From Candidatus Moraniibacteriota bacterium (GTDB lineage: Bacteria > Patescibacteriota > Minisyncoccia > Moranbacterales > UBA1568): a DNA stretch of 64,000 nucleotides. The position numbers and the translations under genes were made by a program. The DNA is taken from contig JAAXXG010000005.1 of NCBI GenBank assembly GCA_013334575.1, positions 3,080 to 67,079 of the forward strand, given 5' to 3'. The notes beneath the pieces are model-generated. The model saw only the letters and a program-made list of their open reading frames with translations. It was not told the DNA's origin and did not search any database. Positions within the stretch are counted from its first letter, which is position 1. Every line of letters starts with the position of its first letter. Shown piece by piece: positions 59,953-64,000 of this stretch.

Positions 59953-60848
59953 GAAACAAGGTATTTTGCGAGCTCTGAAATTTCGGGGGACACTGTCTCG
60001 TCGGTGGTGAAAGCGGGGCAGCTGTTAACTTCGAATATGAATGGTCCGCGTTCCGGATGATCCACTATATCGACTCCGGCAATCTCGATATCCGTAATTT
60101 CCGCGCCGAGGACGGCGGCCATCCTCACCTCCTCCCGGACCTTGGACGGGTCGATGAATTCCTCATCCGCTCCAAGGTGGACGTTGTTCCGGAATTCCTC
60201 TTTCCCGGAACGGGTTTTCTTTTCCGCTACGGAAACATGATTTCCCATGACGAGAAGGCGATATTCGAATGTATTCGGTATGAATTCCTGCAGGAAAATC
60301 TCCCTTCCACCGTTGTTTTCAAGCCGGTCGCATATGATTTTTGAGAGTTCTTCCCCTGTTTTCGCTAGAAATACACCGGATCCCTGCGAGGAATTCGTCT
60401 CTTTCACGACGATTGGAAAGCCGAGGAACGCGATGGCGTTTTCCCTTTGCTGTCCGGAATATCCCGCCGAATGATATGTTTTCGGAACGGGTGCTCCGCT
60501 CAGGGCGAGATTGAAGATCTGGATGATTTTCGCCATATCCGAAGCGTCCTTGGTCCGATTATGGAATCCGTCCAGGAATCTGACCCCTTTCCGTTCCGAG
60601 AGGCGACAGAGCATGTGCGCCAACCCTCTGTACTTCCCGACTTTTCTCGGGTATATAGTCGTCCATTCGTCGACGGGCTTTTCTTCAACTCGTATCTCGA
60701 CACTCCCTTTTTCTATGAAGACCTCGAGATCCTCGAAACTGGAGACGGAATAAGGGGTGCCGTCTTCGGAGAGCTTTTCACCGAGTGCGTCGAGAAATCC
60801 TGTCATTTTCGGTCCCGTCTCTCTTTTGCTTTTCAATATGAGCAACAT
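59937..60848 (-). CDS. RimK-like ATP-grasp ligase
   Basis: FPIVVKETNSSQGSGVFLA...LLVMGNHVSVAEKKTRSGKEEFRNNVHLGA...AGVDIVDHPERGPFIFEVNS. Confidence 0.7.
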   Translation of the reverse strand: MLLILKSKRETGPKMTGFLDALGEKLSEDGTPYSVSSFEDLEVFIEKGSVEIRVEEKPVDEWTTIYPRKVGKYRGLAHMLCRLSERKGVRFLDGFHNRTKDASDMAKIIQIFNLALSGAPVPKTYHSAGYSGQQRENAIAFLGFPIVVKETNSSQGSGVFLAKTGEELSKIICDRLENNGGREIFLQEFIPNTFEYRLLVMGNHVSVAEKKTRSGKEEFRNNVHLGADEEFIDPSKVREEVRMAAVLGAEITDIEIAGVDIVDHPERGPFIFEVNSCPAFTTDETVSPEISELAKYLVSCEKR

Positions 60849-60861
60849 AGGTTCTTGATCG

Positions 60862-62256
60862 TTATTTACTGACGTCGACGAGAAATTTTCTGAGGCTTTT
60901 CCGTCCGATGATGACGGGGTATTCCAACCCGGTCCGATCTATCGCGGAAACCTTCGCTGGAATGATCACCTGGTCGATCGAGAGGTCGATCCGGAACATG
61001 GGCCGATAACTTGTGCCGTGTGACGATTTGATTTGGGCCGTATCGGCAAGGTCGGGTATTCCGGAAAAAAGGACCTCGCGTTCCCGTTTTGAGAGGTCAT
61101 TGAGGACGTCGCGGTCTCCCATGCGATTCTCAAACAGCGCTATGGCATCCCTAAAGCCGAGCTTGCGGGCGAGTTCCGTGTCTACGGAAGTCGAGTCGGC
61201 TCCCGTGTCTATCTTGGCCTCGACCGTGATTTCCTTTCCGTCCTTTCCGAAGAGGCGAACCTTTTCTACGGACCCGATGACACGCTTTCCGGAGAGTTCC
61301 TCGATTTCCTCCTCGATCTCTCCGCCGAAGAGGTTCTTCCCGAGGAGGATGCCTCGCTCGGTCGTCTTCACCTTGAGGCCTTTCACACGATCCAGCCGAC
61401 CTTTGAGTCCCGTGAGGTTGGCGATCTGTATGGAGAGGCCCGGACGGGCGTTAAGTTCGAGAAGGACCGGTCCGCGGTCCCGGTCGATAGCGATGTCCGC
61501 GCCGAGGAAACCGAGTCCGGAAACGGACTGCGATTCCACCGCGATGCGGAGGATCTCGTTCCAGTAGGGGATGCGGATACCGGAGAGGGCGAGCCGTGTC
61601 CCGGGGACATAGTCGATGAGATGCGATTTCCCGACGACGGCCGAGGTCGTCGTTCCGGTCGCGAGGTCGATCCCGGTCCCGATGGCACCCTGCTGAAGGT
61701 TGGCTTTTCCGTCGGATTCTCGCGTCGGGAGGCGGAGCATAGCCATGACGGGGACGCGGTTGAAGACGATGACGCGGATGTCGGGGATGCCCTTGTACGC
61801 GTACGGCTTGAAGAGCTTAAGCAGCTTCAGTCTCTCCTCGAAGAAAGCGATATCAGGAGTATTCGTCAGTGAGAACGATCCGTCGAGGATGTTTCGGATA
61901 TGCGTACGGAGGTCTTCGACGGTCACCACGGCGCCGCTCGCCTTCACCCAGGCGTCGTTCCGGCCGCGTTTCCGACCGTAGACGATGAGGATTCCTTCTC
62001 CGCCGAATCCGCGGTTCGGTTTGAGCGCGAAGCTTCCCGGAAGCGACGACCAGTCGAAGTCTTCGAGTTCGGCATGGGTGCGGATACGGGCGATAAGACC
62101 CGGGACCGGAAGCCCGTTCTTCCGGAGAAGCCGCTTCGCGCGCAGCTTATTGTCCGCGAACTCGCGTCCGCTCCGCTTGTTAAGCGGGCGGATGTAGTCG
62201 AGGTTTCGGGCGTTCATCCCGAGCAGTTCCCGGCTGTTTCGAAGGAGTTCGAACAT
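60862..62256 (-). CDS. alpha-L-glutamate-ligase-related ATP-grasp (RLAN + ATP-grasp) fused to C-terminal retropepsin-like (DUF785/Zn_protease) aspartic peptidase domain
   Basis: N-terminus MFELLRNSRELLGMNARNLDYIRPLN. C-terminal domain has the DTGAD catalytic motif (ITVEAKIDTGADSTSV). Confidence 0.65.
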   Translation of the reverse strand: MFELLRNSRELLGMNARNLDYIRPLNKRSGREFADNKLRAKRLLRKNGLPVPGLIARIRTHAELEDFDWSSLPGSFALKPNRGFGGEGILIVYGRKRGRNDAWVKASGAVVTVEDLRTHIRNILDGSFSLTNTPDIAFFEERLKLLKLFKPYAYKGIPDIRVIVFNRVPVMAMLRLPTRESDGKANLQQGAIGTGIDLATGTTTSAVVGKSHLIDYVPGTRLALSGIRIPYWNEILRIAVESQSVSGLGFLGADIAIDRDRGPVLLELNARPGLSIQIANLTGLKGRLDRVKGLKVKTTERGILLGKNLFGGEIEEEIEELSGKRVIGSVEKVRLFGKDGKEITVEAKIDTGADSTSVDTELARKLGFRDAIALFENRMGDRDVLNDLSKREREVLFSGIPDLADTAQIKSSHGTSYRPMFRIDLSIDQVIIPAKVSAIDRTGLEYPVIIGRKSLRKFLVDVSK

Positions 62257-62263
62257 AGGTCTG

Positions 62264-62920
62264 TCACTTCTGCCGGAGGACGGTCAGGAATCGGAAGTAC
62301 TCCGTGAGCCGGAGGCCGGTCCATTTTCCGAGGACGACGTTGAGCGGGATGGTGAGGAGGACTGTCCAGGGATGCGCGAGGATGAATCGGACGAACGCCG
62401 GCCAGGAGATAAGCGCGTAGCCGACGAGGGAGATGGCAAGCGTCTCCGCGGCGAGGATGACCGCGGCGCGGGTGCCCTTTTCGAGCTGGACGGCGACGAA
62501 CTTCTCCGTGATGGTGATCATGATGAGGAGCGGGAAGATCGAGACCGACGCGAGTCCGGTGCGGTGTGTCGCCCCGCCAAGGACCAGGATGCCGAGCATC
62601 GAGAAGGAGATTACCGAGAGGGTGATGGCTACGCGGGGGAGATACAGGAGCCGGAACCGCCGGAGGACGTACCGGGTTACCATACCGATCAGGATGACGC
62701 TTCCGAAGATGGCGATGCCGTATTTAAGCCCGTTCGGGTCGAACGCGAGCAGGGCGAACGTGACGATGGACGGCGCATAGATGCCGAACGCTTTGATACC
62801 GACGACCTGTCGGAAGAACGAGGCGAGTGTCGCGACGACGGGGAGCAGGAGAAGAAGTGCCATCGTCTGAGCGGGTACGTTCTGACCGACGATGAATTCG
62901 GTGATCGGGCTGTAGTCCAT
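62264..62920 (-). CDS. multi-pass (7TM-type) membrane protein associated with ATP-grasp/retropepsin systems
   Basis: 218 aa with ~6-7 hydrophobic helices. Directly upstream of and co-oriented with the ATP-grasp trio. Confidence 0.5.
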   Translation of the reverse strand: MDYSPITEFIVGQNVPAQTMALLLLLPVVATLASFFRQVVGIKAFGIYAPSIVTFALLAFDPNGLKYGIAIFGSVILIGMVTRYVLRRFRLLYLPRVAITLSVISFSMLGILVLGGATHRTGLASVSIFPLLIMITITEKFVAVQLEKGTRAAVILAAETLAISLVGYALISWPAFVRFILAHPWTVLLTIPLNVVLGKWTGLRLTEYFRFLTVLRQK

Positions 62921-62986
62921 ACGGTTCTTCGTGCGTCTTATGCGTTTCCATTATCCCCGTATCCGGAACGCGCCGCAAGCGAAGCG

Positions 62987-63472
62987 TCATCGACAGAGTC
63001 GCGATTTCCGCGAGAATGCGTGACAGAGTCCGATGGCGAGCGCGTCGGCGGTGTCGTCCGGCTTCGGTATCGCCGGAAGCCGTAGGACGTTCTTCGTCAT
63101 GAACTGCATCTGCCGTTTCTCGGCGGAGCCGTATCCGGTGAGTGCCTGCTTGACCTGATTAGGGGTATAACCGGATATGATAACACCGAAACGATTCAAT
63201 GTCAAGAGTATGACGCCTCTTGCCTGGGCGACCGCGATAGCCGTTTTGGCGTTGTTCGAAAAGAAAAGTTCTTCGACAGCGGCCTCTTCCGGTTGGTGGA
63301 CCGTGAGAATCTTCTCGAGGTCGTCTGCCAGGGTACGGAGTCGGGTCGCGGGATCGAGATCCTTGTCGGTCGAGATATGGCCGTAGGCGACCGCGGAGAC
63401 GTTACCGGAGCGTTCCTCGAGAACGCCCCAGCCGATGGTGGCCGTGCCGGGATCGATACCGATGATGCGCAT
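62987..63472 (-). CDS. ruvC: Holliday junction resolvase RuvC
   Basis: MRIIGIDPGTATIGWGVLE...ADALAIGLCH. Confidence 0.9.
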   Translation of the reverse strand: MRIIGIDPGTATIGWGVLEERSGNVSAVAYGHISTDKDLDPATRLRTLADDLEKILTVHQPEEAAVEELFFSNNAKTAIAVAQARGVILLTLNRFGVIISGYTPNQVKQALTGYGSAEKRQMQFMTKNVLRLPAIPKPDDTADALAIGLCHAFSRKSRLCR

Positions 63473-63517
63473 ATCTTCGGAACTTATTCCGTCTTTCGTC
63501 CGTAACGGCGTCCGTCG

Positions 63518-64000
63518 TCAGCCGTGGGTGTTTTCCAGGTTATCCCAGACGGTCTGGACATCCGCGTGGTCCTCGAGTATCTCGAGAAGTCGATCAAGCG
63601 CGTTCCATTCTTCGTCCGTCACGGTGACGCGTTGGGTCGGGAGGAATGAAAGGGAGGCGGAAGTAACGGTAAATCCGGCCGTTTCGAGCGATTCCTTGGC
63701 CGACTGGAGGGACTCCTGCGGTACGTAGGCGTAGAGCGAACCGTCCGCACGCTCGATATCCTCCGCTCCGGCCTCGATGGCGGCGAGTTCGGCTTCGTCC
63801 GGATCGCGTCCGTCAAGGGAGATTTCGATTTCTCCGACAGGACGGAAGAGATAAGAAACCGATCCTTCGGGGACGATCTTCCCGCCGTTCTTCGTGAGCA
63901 GGGTCCGGACCTCTCCGAATGTTCTGTTCCGATTGTCTGTCGCAGTGCCGATGAGAAGGGCGACCTGCCCCGGTCCGTAGGCCTCGTAGACGAGTTCCTC
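63518..64000 (-). CDS. yebC: YebC/PmpR-family transcriptional regulator, 3'-partial in window (N-terminus beyond right edge)
   Basis: The C-terminal translation ends ...DHADVQTVWDNLENTHG. Classic yebC-ruvC linkage. Confidence 0.7.
   Translation of the reverse strand, partial: EELVYEAYGPGQVALLIGTATDNRNRTFGEVRTLLTKNGGKIVPEGSVSYLFRPVGEIEISLDGRDPDEAELAAIEAGAEDIERADGSLYAYVPQESLQSAKESLETAGFTVTSASLSFLPTQRVTVTDEEWNALDRLLEILEDHADVQTVWDNLENTHG

Overview
This 64 kb window reads as a high-GC (~60%) chromosomal segment around the replication origin of a small-genome bacterium. A Patescibacteria/CPR-like lineage is a low-confidence guess, based on short YidC, many small secreted or membrane hypotheticals, a VirB2-like protein and TSP3-repeat proteins. 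The classic origin locus is present: rpmH-rnpA-yidC-jag on the minus strand, then dnaA and dnaN on the plus strand with DnaA boxes and an AT-rich unwinding element between them, then a DUF721/DciA-like gene. Housekeeping genes include pyk, htpX-lemA, ksgA, ycomM/yifB-like Mg-chelatase ATPase, lspA, dksA-like, yraN, rpsO-NYN-pnp, gyrA, S1, gmk, tilS, ftsH, rbfA, nrnA-like DHH, family-4 udg, rplS, rluD, peroxiredoxin, Fe/Mn-SOD, PBP1A, ruvC and a partial yebC. I count ten tRNA genes in three clusters. A cell-envelope polysaccharide block carries two Wzy/O-antigen-ligase paralogs, two GT2 genes and a Wzx flippase. The most unusual features are: (1) eight copies of a perfect 16-bp parS-type palindrome, TGTTCCACGTGGAACA, packed into a ~480-bp AT-rich intergenic segment directly upstream of a tRNA operon promoter; (2) three tandem ATP-grasp genes, one fused to a retropepsin-like DTGAD peptidase domain, next to a 7TM membrane protein — a predicted peptide ligation/processing system; (3) repeated copies of the tRNA-Gly 3' end, each followed by an intrinsic terminator, plus a ~150-nt perfect-stem inverted-repeat element beside a lower-GC gene segment; (4) a hairpin-rich ~800-nt untranslated region with a consensus sigma70 promoter upstream of yraN; (5) small low-GC islets of hypothetical genes. 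I found no transposase, integrase, CRISPR array or rRNA.
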